Notes: generated by a model not told the origin, from the letters alone. A DNA stretch of 64,000 nucleotides from an uncultured Acidobacteriota bacterium (GCA_963710415.1 CAVQAH010000024.1:2405-66404); one strand, 5' to 3'. Shown: positions 11,864 to 24,675, numbered from the stretch's first letter. Program-made: numbers and translations.

Positions 11864-12438
11864 TCAGGATGATATCCCGTCGCGGCGCAGCTCTTCGGCC
11901 AGTCTGACGAGCGCCGTCCACGGCCATCCGCGCCGCAACCGCGGAAGGACGACCTTGCGCCGTGGCGATCTCCTGGTAGCTCATCCCGAACTCGACACGC
12001 GACACAACCGCGTCCCGATCGGATTGGAGAGGCGCATCAACGCGCGGTCGTAGCGCTCGAGGCCTTGCTGGGTAATGACGGCCTCCAATGGTGACGCAGC
12101 CTCGGAAGGGGCGCCACTATCCAGGTTCTCGACCGTCGGCCGTCGCGTGGCATTCCGAACTTCGTTCTTGACACGGTTCATCACGGCCGCCCGCAAGTAG
12201 GCCTGGAAAGCGCCCTCGCCCTGCGGATCGAAGGCGTCCAGCCGCCGAATCGTCTGCATCAATGTGTCCTGAACAAGATCTTCCGTGTCGATGAATTTAC
12301 GCACCCATTGAGGTAGACGGCCATGCGCCCAGCGCTTCAGCGCCGGCGCGTACCGACGCAGCAGGTGGTCCAGGGCTTCTGTGTCGCCTGACGGGCCCTC
12401 TCAATCAGAAGTCCAGTGGAATCGTTAGAGGGGGACAC
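11864..12438 (-). pseudogene. Decayed ECF (sigma-70 family) sigma factor
   Basis: Fragments: LLIERARQ(G)DTEALDHLLRRYAPALKRWAHGRLPQWVRKFIDTEDLVQDTLMQTIRRLDAFDP...FQAYLRAAVMNRVKNEVR (region 2); then LERYDRALMRLSNP / DRDAVVSRVEFGMSYQEIATAQGRPSAVAARMAV / ALVRLAEELRRDGISS* (region 4). At least three frame breaks, two of which look like G-run deletions. Confidence 0.7.
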
Positions 12439-12565
12439 GATCGTCTACACATCCTCGGGGTGACCGGGAAACACCCGATGACGGCTCATGATAATCGAGT
12501 CTGCAACGTCGGATGTTCCATTTGCGGGAGTTTGGTGTTCTTGTCCAGACAAGGAGGCTCCCAGC

Positions 12566-13177
12566 ATGCCACGAACGCCCCACATGGTCGTTATCGCTCT
12601 TGTTGCCGCGACATCCGCCGGCCTCATCCTGACCCGATGCAGTCGCCGCAAGCCCCGACGACGAGCCGCAGGGACGCAGCGTTCGGTACAGACCGGGCAC
12701 ACGATGACAGCGACGGAAGAGGGCGCCTATGTGGCACCTTCGATCGCGACGGTAATTTTCGTTCGACACCGGCTCGCAGCGCACCGTTGTTCACACTTCG
12801 GCCACCTCGCGCTCTTCGGCAACGCGCAGGTTCCCGCCGGTCGACGATCCTGCAAATGGGCCGACGACAGCCAGGTGGGATCGGACACTGACCAGCGGCG
12901 GGAAGCGGCGGACTCAGACGTGTTACTGACACGGCGTACACTCGTGAAGTTCAACCTGCCCGATACCGGTGACGGGCAGGTCTCCGCATACACCCTCGAT
13001 TTCAGAGGAAACGCGCTCTTTGACGATGACGGCGACGGCGTGGCCAACGAGCCCTGCCTGCCGCAGCGGCACTCGACGTGTCCGGACGACGGCACGGAAA
13101 TGTCGAAAATGTTCGTGTATGCAATGCTGCCTCTGCGCCGATGGAAAGTGCGCGCGCTGGACGCTCACGCCGTGTGA
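12566..13177 (+). CDS. Hypothetical membrane-anchored protein (possibly also a remnant)
   Basis: AAGGAGG lies 8 nt upstream of the ATG at 12566. N-terminal hydrophobic segment MVVIALVAATSAGLIL. Contains a DDDGDGVANEPC motif reminiscent of calcium-binding type-3 repeats. No family recognised. Confidence 0.3.
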   Translation: MPRTPHMVVIALVAATSAGLILTRCSRRKPRRRAAGTQRSVQTGHTMTATEEGAYVAPSIATVIFVRHRLAAHRCSHFGHLALFGNAQVPAGRRSCKWADDSQVGSDTDQRREAADSDVLLTRRTLVKFNLPDTGDGQVSAYTLDFRGNALFDDDGDGVANEPCLPQRHSTCPDDGTEMSKMFVYAMLPLRRWKVRALDAHAV

Positions 13178-13364
13178 CGGGGATGCGGGGACAGAACGCG
13201 GACCCCGATCCTCTATGGAATCGGTACCCCTGTGGGACAGCTGTACGGCGTTTTCAAGCCGCCGTAGGGAACAGTCGTATTGCGAGATTCGCGATGCAGT
13301 GGGGCATGGACATCTGCCGGGTCACAGCCGGAATCACCTGTCGTGAGTGGGGTCGGGGAGTCAG

Positions 13365-14021
13365 TCAGCGGACGATCGTCGCGCGTTTGATGGAGTCGAG
13401 TAGAGGAAACTCACGGTCGAGGTAGGCATTGCCCTCCTCGAAGAGCTTGTCCTGACGGCCGCCGCGGATCCCGCCGCCGGCCTTCTCGCCGTACTCCGCG
13501 TAGAGCGCGTCGGCGACCTCCATGCCCTGAACGACACGGCCGAAGGGCACGAAGGGCTCCGCGTCGTGCGTGGCAGAGTTGTCGCGCAGGTTGATGAAGA
13601 CCTGTGTCGTGCGTCCGTTTGGATCGCGGAACGCGTAGGCGATCGTCCCGCGCACGTTCGATAGTTTTCGCGGCTCATCCGGCAGGTTCTGCGTCCGCCA
13701 CGTCGTCGCGATGCGTGGATCGGCAGCAATGCCGAACTGCGCCCAGAATCCTGCGCGAATACGGAAGAACTTCGCGCCATCGTAGTAGCCGTGACGCACA
13801 AGGTTGTAGAAGCGGTCAACGCCGAGCGGCGACCACTCTCGCCGGATCTCGATCGTCATCGGCCCCTTGCTGGTGTCCATCTGGACCTTGAACGCCTCCG
13901 GCGCAGGCCGCTGCATCTCCGGATGTTTCGGGTCGAGCAGGACGGACCCGTTCGGCCCCTGCGCGGCGCTCATCGTCAGCACGCCGAGCAAGACCAGGGC
14001 GGCGCGACTAGAGTTTGACAT
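13365..14021 (-). CDS. Exported cyclophilin-type peptidyl-prolyl cis-trans isomerase
   Basis: Signal peptide MSNSSRAALVLLGVLTMSAAQG. Followed by FKVQMDTSKGPMTIEIRREWSPLGVDRFYNLVRHGYYDGAKFFRI...NVRGTIAYA...QVFINL...PFGRVVQGMEVADAL, typical cyclophilin motifs. Confidence 0.85.
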   Translation of the reverse strand: MSNSSRAALVLLGVLTMSAAQGPNGSVLLDPKHPEMQRPAPEAFKVQMDTSKGPMTIEIRREWSPLGVDRFYNLVRHGYYDGAKFFRIRAGFWAQFGIAADPRIATTWRTQNLPDEPRKLSNVRGTIAYAFRDPNGRTTQVFINLRDNSATHDAEPFVPFGRVVQGMEVADALYAEYGEKAGGGIRGGRQDKLFEEGNAYLDREFPLLDSIKRATIVR

Positions 14022-16282
14022 CGAGCGGCTTTCCTTCGAACACGACCGACCGAACCGTCTTCTGCCCCGCAATTCGAATATCGATATTTCTCCGCGCGGG
14101 TGGGAGCATGCGCGAGCCCTGCCGCAGACTCATCGTCAGCCGGCGCGGGGCATCGTCCCAGATCATGTCGATTTCCATTCTCGCGCCCTTGCGGTAATCG
14201 AAGGATCGGCCGTCGTCTTCGTAGTACCCATACGAGCAATCGTTGCCTGGGTAGATGACCACCGTCATCGGCCCATCGACCTTTTCATCCACGTACTGTT
14301 TGACCGGCCCCATCGGGATGATGCATCCCTGTCGCACGTGCAGGGGCATGGTCTCGAGATCGACCTTGCGCTCGATCTCTTTGCCGCCCTCGATGCGCTC
14401 CTCGGTCCAGAAGTCGAACCACACGCCCTTCGGCAAATAGAGTGTCCGGACGGTCGCGCCCTTCTCGACGACCGGAGAGACGAGCATGTCGCGGCCCCAC
14501 AGGAACTGGTCGCCGCGCGACGTAGCAATCGGGTCGTCCGGGTAATGAAGCCACAGCGCGCGCATCATCGGCAGGCCACTCGTTGTTGCCTGCCTCGCCA
14601 CCCCGTATGTGTACGGCAGCAGCCGATAGCGCAGCTCGAGATACTTCTTCAGAATGGGCTCGACGTGCGGGTTGCGCAGCTCAGAGAGATCGGGATTCGC
14701 CGCGCCACCGCGATAGCCGGTGACCTCCGACGGACCCAGCTCGCCGGTGTTCCAGCCCCAAGGAAGCCGGAGATGCCACGTGCGTCCGTGCGAACGGAAC
14801 GATGGACAGAACGTTCCGAACTGGAACCACCGGATGTGCAGCTCACCGGTGTATTCGGGTGTGGGCACGAATCCACCGATGTCGGTGCCCCAGTAAGGAA
14901 TGCCGGAAAGTCCCGTGTTGACGGCGACGGGCACGTGCGTCTTCAACGTCTCCCACGTGGAGTACACGTCACCTGACCAGAGAAACGCGCCGTAACGCTG
15001 CATGCCGGCGGCGCCGTTTCTGTGCAGCGCAAACGGTCGTTCATTGGGACGCCACTGCTGCGACCCTTCCCAGTACATGCGGTGACGATTCAAGCGTGAC
15101 GCGATCTCGAGCCCGTCGCCTTGATCCGGCCACCAGCCGTCGATCCCGAGATCGAAGAGAGGCTTGTGATACGGCCAGTAGCATGGGACCGGTCGATCGT
15201 CCGGCCAGCGATTGTCTTCGGTGCGTCCGCTCGGCACGGCCTTGTCGGGCGTGCACGGATCGTTGACTGTGCCCGTCAGCAGGCGCCCTTCGATCACGAT
15301 GTGGAGGACGACCTTGTAGTGCATGTCGTGCAACGTATCGATGGCCTTCTTCGGATCGGGGAAGTTTCCCGTGTGCCAGCCGAACTCGCCGTTGCGCGTG
15401 TTCCACCCCGATGGAGTGAATTCCGTGCCCAGATAGATCAGCGCGTCGCACGGGAGCTTCTTCTCACGGAACGTCCGCGCGACCCACATGATCTCGTCGG
15501 GGCCGGCCAGCGTCCGGTGCGACTGCATGTAGCCGAAGGTCCACAGCGCGGGCAACTCCGGAAGCCCGGTTATCCGCGCGTACTCGTTCATCAGATGCGC
15601 GGGCGATTGCGCGGACACCACAAAAAGATCCAGCGGCTCGCCTGGCTCACGCGGGGAGAACTTCCCTTCCGTTCCAGTGAAGTCGAACGTGCCCTGTGGA
15701 TGGTGGATGAACATGCCCCATCCATCGGTTCCCACCAGCCACTGCACCGGCGCACGACCGCCGTGCGTTCTCAGCTGGTAGCCGCCCTGCCCGTTGCGCA
15801 TCTGATCGACGGAGCCCTTGCGATCGAACTGCGGCCCGCCTTCGCCGAGCCCGAGCAGCGGGCCCTTCGGCAGGAGGAACGACATCTCGGAGGTCTCTGA
15901 ACTCAGCGTGAGCTTCTGCACGACTCCGCTCTTGTTCTCGACGGTAAGGGTCGGCGGACTCTCGGTAAAGCGAACGGTGAGATCTCCCGCTCGAATCGGT
16001 TTGAACCCGGCAGCGGACCGCGCCTGGCCGGCGGTTTTCGCTTCTGTGGGCTGCGCGAGGCCGCCGTTCGAGGGCACCGAGACCGGCTTGTTCTCTACGA
16101 TTGGGAGCACGGTCAACCGAACCGTGTATCCCAGTGAGTGAGGCGACCACGATCTCCACGGGACGGCCGCCGACGACGATGTCGGAGGTCTGGCCGCGAA
16201 TGATCCCGCCGGCGAGCATCGCGCCGGCGCTCGCACCGCCAAGTTGTTTGATCGCTTCACGTCGAGAGATCGGCTGTGACAT
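14008..16282 (-). CDS. Glycoside hydrolase family 31 (alpha-glucosidase/alpha-xylosidase-like) with Tat-type signal (frame break at ~16135)
   Basis: N-terminus MSQPISRREAIKQLGGASAGAMLAGG lies in the neighbouring frame (ATG at 16282). The body contains GIDGWWPDQGD, FLWSGDV and GIPYWGTDIGGF, which are GH31 catalytic-region signatures. Confidence 0.85.
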
Positions 16283-16386
16283 TTTTTTATGCTCGCGGGG
16301 CCCCCCGCTCGCTCGAGCCGCAGGCGCTTGGCGCAATCCTATCCCAGGCGCGGTGACCATTCGGTCGCACCGGCGATTGATTCTGT

Positions 16387-17269
16387 TTATGAACGAATAA
16401 CCCGCCGGCCGGGGATGGCTTCCACGACGGCCGCAAAATCCGCCTCGCCCCATCCCGCGCGGATCGCAGCGTCGAACAGGTCGCGCGCGACCTCCGCCGT
16501 GCGCAGCGGCACGCCGCAACGCTCAGCCTCCGTCAACGCGTACGAGAGATCCTTCTTCATCAATGGCAAAAGAAATTGCACGTCGTAATTGCGTGAGGCC
16601 ATCCGGGCGGAGACTGCCTTCACCAGAGGACTGCCCGGCGCACCATTCGCCAAGACGTCCACCGTGGCAGCGGAATCCAGACCGCAGGCTTCGGCGAACG
16701 CCAACCCTTCGGCCAACGCTGCGGCCTGAACGCCGCACACGAAGTTGTTCACCAGCTTCATGCGCGCACCGCTGCCCGAGGGTCCCAGGTACACGATGGC
16801 GCGACTCATTGCCGCCAGAACGGGCCGCACGCGTTCGAGAACCGCGGCGTCGCCACCGACGAGAAACAGCAGCTCGCCCGCGGCCGCGTGGCCCTTGCTG
16901 CCGGTAACCGGCGCATCCAGCAGCGATGCGCCCTTTGTGGCCGTCAGTTGCGCGAGCTCCGCAATCCAGCCGGGCGACACGGTGCTGCACTCGATGGCCA
17001 CCGCCCCCGATTTCAGCGCGGATAGCGCACCATCCCCCGCAGACCACACGCGGCGAGACGCCACATCGTCGGCGACCATACTGATCACGACGTCCGCGTT
17101 GGATGCCGCCTCACGAGGCGACGCCGCAATCGTCGCGCTGCGCTGCCGCAGCGCGTCGGCGCGGCCGGCGCTTCGATTCCATCCGCTTAACGGAGAACCC
17201 CGCGTCCAGCAGGCGTCCGGCCATGCCGCTACCCATGGTCCCGAGACCAAGAAATGCAACGGTGCCCAT
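16387..17269 (-). CDS. 3-hydroxyisobutyrate dehydrogenase-family NAD(P) oxidoreductase (frame break at ~17183)
   Basis: Rossmann N-terminus MGTVAFLGLGTMGSGMAGRLLDAGFSV lies in the adjacent frame. Followed by WNRS...ADVVISMVADD...GASLLDAPVTGS...MKLVNN (6-phosphogluconate dehydrogenase-like fold). Confidence 0.8.
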
Positions 17270-17307
17270 CGGATATTCCTCACTCGGCTAGAACGTGCGC
17301 GCGATCA

Positions 17308-17386
17308 CCCAACTCCCAGCTCCTAAAGGACCGCTCAGCCGATCGACTCCGAGCTCCTTGGGAGTTGGAGGTTGGGAGTTGGAGTT
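17308..17386. repeat. Palindromic intergenic element, CAACTCCCAA / TTGGGAGTTG family
   Basis: cccaactcccagctcctaaagg ... ccttgggagttggaggttggagttgg-type inverted arms. Related copies at 35367-35459, 60897-60965 and 61236-61375. Half copies at 40718-40739 and 41474-41499. Confidence 0.75.
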
Positions 17387-17396
17387 CACCTGCTCA

Positions 17397-18569
17397 TCAT
17401 TCGATGACGTCGAACCGGTCGAGCGCGCTTTCCTTGATCGTCAGCCCGAGACCCGGCAGATCGTCGCGCAGATCGACGTGACCGTCGACCGGCCTCGGCT
17501 CCCCGTCGAACACGTAGTAGAAGAGCTCGTTGCCCACCTCGACATCGACCGGTGGAAAGTACTCGGCCATCGGCGAATTCAGACTCGCCATGACAATGTG
17601 GTAGTTGTGCATCTGGCCGGCGTGTGGCACGACCGGAATCGAATGAGCTTCGGCCAGCGCGGCGATCTTGCGCGCCTGCGTGATCCCGCCGACCCGGTTG
17701 GTGTCGAATTGAATGTAGTCGACGGCGCGCGCCGCGATGAGATCGCGAAACTCATAGAGCGTGAAGGCGTGCTCCCCGCCGGCAATAGGGATCCGTCGCA
17801 TCGCCTTCAACTCGGCGTAGCCGCCGGCGTCGTCCGGGATCACTGGCTCTTCCAGCCAGCGCAGGTTGAACGGCTCGAGCAGAGGGATCATCCGTTTCGC
17901 GTAGTCCAGCGTCCATCCCATGTAGGCATCGGCCATGATGTCGACGCCGTCGCCGGCCACGTCGCGGACCGTGCGGACGAGATTCACGTTGTGCTGCATC
18001 CCGGCGGCACCATCCGTCGGCCCCCACCCGAATCGCAGTTTCATCGCGCGATAGCCTTCGTCCTTGTATTTCTTCGTCTCGGCCGCGAGCTCGTCCAGCG
18101 GCTGACTGTACAACCGGCTCGCATAGACGGGAATCCTTGGCTTGGTACGTCCACCGAGCAGGCGAAAGACCGGTTGTCCGCTCGCTTTGCCCAGAATGTC
18201 CCACAACGCGATGTCGACGGCGCTGATCGCCGCCATGCCAATCCCCTTCCGGCCAAACGCCATGGTTCGCCGGTACATGTGCTGCCACAGGAACTCGATG
18301 TCCCATGGATCCGCGCCGATCAGCAATGGCTTCAGGTACACGTCGATCGTCTGTTTCGTCACCCGCGGGGCCAGCGCGGCGTTACCGATGCCCACCAGGC
18401 CGGTGTCGGTGGCGATCTCGACGATCGCCCAGCCGTGGAATCGGAACGGCTGCATCGAATCGGCCGGCAACGTGAGCAGGTCCATGGGATTCGTGCAGAA
18501 ATGCGGCTGCGGCGGCACCGTCGCGCCGCGCCACTCCACCACGCGTGTCCGAACATCGGTGATTCTCAC
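17397..18569 (-). CDS. Enolase-superfamily sugar-acid dehydratase (L-rhamnonate dehydratase-like)
   Basis: Intact 390-aa ORF. Motifs: AISAVDIALWDILGK, YRAMKLRFGWGPTDGAAGM, DIMADAYMGW, LRWLEEP, IAGGEH, IQFD...GGIT, VVPHAG. This is the mandelate racemase/muconate-lactonising-enzyme fold with a RhmD-like pattern. Confidence 0.85.
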   Translation of the reverse strand: MRITDVRTRVVEWRGATVPPQPHFCTNPMDLLTLPADSMQPFRFHGWAIVEIATDTGLVGIGNAALAPRVTKQTIDVYLKPLLIGADPWDIEFLWQHMYRRTMAFGRKGIGMAAISAVDIALWDILGKASGQPVFRLLGGRTKPRIPVYASRLYSQPLDELAAETKKYKDEGYRAMKLRFGWGPTDGAAGMQHNVNLVRTVRDVAGDGVDIMADAYMGWTLDYAKRMIPLLEPFNLRWLEEPVIPDDAGGYAELKAMRRIPIAGGEHAFTLYEFRDLIAARAVDYIQFDTNRVGGITQARKIAALAEAHSIPVVPHAGQMHNYHIVMASLNSPMAEYFPPVDVEVGNELFYYVFDGEPRPVDGHVDLRDDLPGLGLTIKESALDRFDVIE

Positions 18570-18587
18570 GGGTCAGTTCTCCGGGTT

Positions 18588-18708
18588 GGGGTCAGGTCTT
18601 GAATCGCAACGTTTTTCACGACGTGACCCCACGCGGCAGCGTATGGCGTCGCGTGTGCGCTGCCGGGAGTCAGGTCGTGAAAAACACTGCGATTCAAGAC
18701 CTGACCCC
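18588..18708. repeat. 121-bp nested hairpin element between the MFS and dehydratase genes
   Basis: 35-nt arms at 18588-18622 and 18674-18708 are complementary at 33/35 positions. An inner 8-bp inverted repeat is cggcagcg (18632-18639) / cgctgccg (18657-18664). The MFS stop codon (18694-18696) lies inside the right arm. Confidence 0.8.
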
Positions 18709-19981
18709 AGGCAGCGGCTCGATGCGGCGGATGGTGAGCAGGATCACGATGAATGCGATCACGTGAAAACTGCCGACGATACTGAAAACGACCCCGTAGC
18801 CAAGGCCGGCATCGAGGATCTGGCCGGCCACCAGATTGAACACGACGCCGCCCATCGCGCCGCCGAAACCGACGAGACCGGCAACCGACGCGACGACCCG
18901 CCGCGGAAACAGGTCGGTTGGCACGATCATCACCAGCGTCGACCACGACTGCTGACCGAAGAACGCGATGCTGAACAGCACGATGGCGAGATCGGTGGGC
19001 GCCTGGGTGACGAACACGATCAGAGGCATGACCGCAGCGCTGGCGCCGAGCGCGATCTTCCGCGCGAGATTGAGCGACACCTGCCTGTCGAGCAGCCATC
19101 CCGAGAACCACCCGCCGGCGAGGCAACCGACGCCTGCCGCAGCGTACGGAATCCAGGCGTATGCGCCCACCTGTTTGACGTCGAATCCGCGCACGTCGTA
19201 GAGATACTTCGGCAGCCAGAACAGGTAGAAGAACCACGCCGCATCGCTCAGGAACTTCGCGACGACCAGTCCCCACACCTGGGGGTAGCCGAGCAGACGC
19301 GCCCACGCGCACCGGCGTCTCCGCCGTTCGAGCCGGCGCGAGGACTTCCGCAATGTCCGCGCGCTCCGCGGCTGAAAGCCCGGGATGCTCCGCCGCCGGC
19401 AGGTAGACCCTGACCCACCATGCCGTCCAAATCAGGCCGAGCATGCCGGTCGCGAAGAACACCCAGCGCCACGAGGCGACACCAAGGATCGCGGCAATGG
19501 CCGGTGGTGCGACGACAGCGCCCGCGGCGGTACCGGCGTTGATGATGCCCATCGCGAGCGATCGCTCTCGCGCCGGAAACCATTCGGCAACGGCTTTCGT
19601 CGCTGCTGGAAAGCCGCCACCCTCGCCGACGCCGAGCAGAAAGCGGCTCAGGAGCAACGAGCGATAACCAGTGGCCAGCCCATGGCTCGCCGACGCCAGC
19701 GACCATGCGATCATGATGACGACAAACCCCACGCGCGTGCCCAGCCGATCCACCAGCGCCCCGCCGCCGGCGTACATCACGGCATAGGCGAGGAGAAATG
19801 CGGCCTGCAGCCGTGAGAACTGAACGTTGGTGAGCGGAATATCCTGCTGAATGGCGGTGACCGCGACCGACAACGACTGCCGATCGAGATAGCTGATCGC
19901 GATCGCGGCGCTCAACAGGACGGCGATATTCCAGCGGAGCGGACGCACGTTCCCGCGCATTCCGGCGGTAGCCGTGGTCAT
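18694..19981 (-). CDS. MFS transporter, anion:cation symporter (hexuronate/galactonate-type) (frame break at ~19345)
   Basis: N-terminal half MTTATAGMRGNVRPLRWNIAVLLSAAIAISYLDRQSLSVA...LLSRFLLGVGEGGGFPA comes from ORF 18566..20074. The C-terminal half ...VAKFLSDAAWFFYLFWLPKYL...GFGGAMGGVVFN comes from ORF 18694..19353. Confidence 0.8.
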
Positions 19982-20155
19982 CGGTCGACGGTGGCTGGTA
20001 GCGAGGAAGCGGCGGCCGTACTGACCATGGCAGCAGCATGATAGCGCCAACGCGAACGACGTCAGCGTCTCCAACCATCAGCAGTATTTATGGCCCGATA
20101 ACGTCGTGCGGCCGGCGTGCCGACGTTACAATGTGCGCACGGCGGAGGGCAGGAG

Positions 20156-21055
20156 ATGCGAACGGTGGTTGGCGCGGCGTTGCTGCTGGCGAGCTTGGGC
20201 GTGTTGCCGAGGCAGGCGCAACAGGAACCGCCTCCGAAGCCAATCGTGGAAGATTACGCGAGCTTTAGCGTCGGACCCGTGCCGGCTTCCTTCGGCTACG
20301 ATCCGGCCTTCTACAAGAAGTACGTGGACGCGCATGGCATCCCGGTAATCAGTTCAGAAAAGGTTCCCGATCGGGCGCTGCTGATGGCCCGCGACATCGT
20401 CGTCTACATGCTGGCGAACCGGCCGGACATCCGGCGCGAGATGGTGGCCAAGCAGTATCGCGTCGGCATCATGGCCATCACCGAAATGACGACCGACATT
20501 CCGGAGCAACGCGATCGCAAGAAACCGGGGCCGAACGATCCACGATTGACGCGAACGGAACGGGAGAACTATGACAAGCCGGGCGGCATCGCAAGCCAGA
20601 CGGATCGAGAGTACTGGAATCGCCGGGCCCGCGGGCTCGGCGGCGTGTATACGACCGGCGCCGAGGAGAACGTGCTCGGCTATCCGGGGACGCGCTACTA
20701 CGGCGAGCACATCCTCATCCACGAGTGGTCGCACGGGATCATGAGCGCGATCCGGACCGCGGATGCAGGCCTATATGCAGATATCCAGGCCGCATACAAG
20801 GAGGCGATGGCGCGTGGTCAGTACAAGGGGCATTACGCGGAGACCACAGCCAACGAGTATTGGGCGGAAGGAACGCAATGGTGGTTCTGGTCGAACTACG
20901 AGTGGTTCGACGGCACTACACGACTGCAGACGCCCGATGACTTGAAGGCGTACGATCCGAAGCTGTTCGAATTGCTCGGTCGCGTGTACATGGGCCATCA
21001 CATCCCCGCCGACATCTATCACGGAAAGAACATCAAGCCGCAGCGCAGACAGTGA
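20156..21055 (+). CDS. Exported HExxH-motif protein (putative zinc-metallopeptidase-like)
   Basis: AGGAG precedes the ATG at 20156. Signal peptide MRTVVGAALLLASLGVL. Contains ILIHEWSHGI (HExxH). Family not recognised with certainty. Confidence 0.55.
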   Translation: MRTVVGAALLLASLGVLPRQAQQEPPPKPIVEDYASFSVGPVPASFGYDPAFYKKYVDAHGIPVISSEKVPDRALLMARDIVVYMLANRPDIRREMVAKQYRVGIMAITEMTTDIPEQRDRKKPGPNDPRLTRTERENYDKPGGIASQTDREYWNRRARGLGGVYTTGAEENVLGYPGTRYYGEHILIHEWSHGIMSAIRTADAGLYADIQAAYKEAMARGQYKGHYAETTANEYWAEGTQWWFWSNYEWFDGTTRLQTPDDLKAYDPKLFELLGRVYMGHHIPADIYHGKNIKPQRRQ

Positions 21056-21071
21056 GCCGGACTGAGGAGAC

Positions 21072-23483
<2,412 letters not shown>

Positions 23484-23512
23484 TTCTTGCGAGGCCGCAG
23501 ATCGCCGGAGGG

Positions 23513-23667
23513 TTTCACGGGACGCGGATTCTCGCGGATCTTTTTAACTTTCACGGGACGCGGATCTTCGCGGATCTCTTTAACTTTCACGGGACGGGGA
23601 TCTCCCTAACTTTTCACGGGACGCGGATCTTCGCGGATCGCATGAGTTCTAACGGGACACGGATCAC
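23513..23667 (+). repeat. Tandem array A of a ~35-bp unit (core GGGACGCGGATCTNCGCGGATC), 4-5 copies
   Basis: Units start with cacgggacgcgg at 23516 and then about every 36 bp. One unit carries an internal deletion. The last, degenerate unit overlaps the GTG start at 23668. Confidence 0.85.
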
Positions 23668-24672
23668 GTGAAGGTGCGCTGGGGTGTGATTGGTGTCGCC
23701 CGGATCGCGACGGCAAAAGTGATCCCGGCGATGCAACGTAGCGCGATATGCGAAGTCGCGGCGATATCCTCCCGCGACATTGCGAAAGCCACCACGGCGG
23801 CGACGGCGCTGAAGATTCCCAAGGCCTACGGCTCGTACGAGGAATTGCTCGCCGACCCCGACATCGACGCGATCTACAACCCGCTCCCCAATCACCTGCA
23901 CGTGCCGTGGACGATCCGCGCGGCCGAGTCCGGCAAACACGTTCTCTGCGAGAAGCCCATCGCGCTGACCGCCGAGGAAGCCCGGCGGCTGATCGCGGTG
24001 CGAGACGCCACCGGAAAACAAATCCAGGAAGCGTTCATGGTGCGTTCGCACCCGCAGTGGGTCGCGGCCCGTCAGCTCGTGCGCGATGGCCGGATCGGTG
24101 CTCTGCGAGCCATCATCGGCCATTTCAGCTATTTCAACGACGATCCGTCGAATATCCGCAACATTCCGGAAATCGGTGGCGGCGCGCTGATGGACATCGG
24201 GTGCTATGTCGTGAACACATCGCGATTCATGTTCGAGCGCGAACCGGTAAAGGTTTCAGGATTCATCGAACACGATCCGACGCTGCAGATCGATCGTTTG
24301 ACGTCGATGATGCTCGATTACGGCGACGGACATGCAGTGGGCATCTGCAGCACGCAGATGACGCCGTATCAGAGAATCCACATCTTTGGGACCACAGGCC
24401 GCATCGACATCATCATCCCGTTCAACGCGCCGCCCGACCGCCCGTGCCAGATCGTCGTGGACACGGCGACCGATTTCCGCGGCACCGGTGCGGAGACGAT
24501 TGAGCTGCCAGTCTGCGACCAATACACGATTCAGGCAGACCTGTTCTCACACGCGATTCTGGAAGGACGGCCCGTCGATCCGCCGATCGAGGATGCCGTG
24601 GCGAACATGGTGTGCATCGAGGCGATCTTCAAGTCCGCTGCGGGGGGGCGCCACGTACCGCTGATCTTTTGA
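23668..24672 (+). CDS. Gfo/Idh/MocA-family NAD(P)-dependent oxidoreductase
   Basis: Intact 334-aa ORF. Motifs: VRWGVIGVARIA...VAAISSRD...YGSYEELLADPDIDAIYNPLPNHLHVPW...GKHVLCEKP, the canonical family N-terminus. Confidence 0.85.
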   Translation: MKVRWGVIGVARIATAKVIPAMQRSAICEVAAISSRDIAKATTAATALKIPKAYGSYEELLADPDIDAIYNPLPNHLHVPWTIRAAESGKHVLCEKPIALTAEEARRLIAVRDATGKQIQEAFMVRSHPQWVAARQLVRDGRIGALRAIIGHFSYFNDDPSNIRNIPEIGGGALMDIGCYVVNTSRFMFEREPVKVSGFIEHDPTLQIDRLTSMMLDYGDGHAVGICSTQMTPYQRIHIFGTTGRIDIIIPFNAPPDRPCQIVVDTATDFRGTGAETIELPVCDQYTIQADLFSHAILEGRPVDPPIEDAVANMVCIEAIFKSAAGGRHVPLIF

Positions 24673-24675
24673 CGT

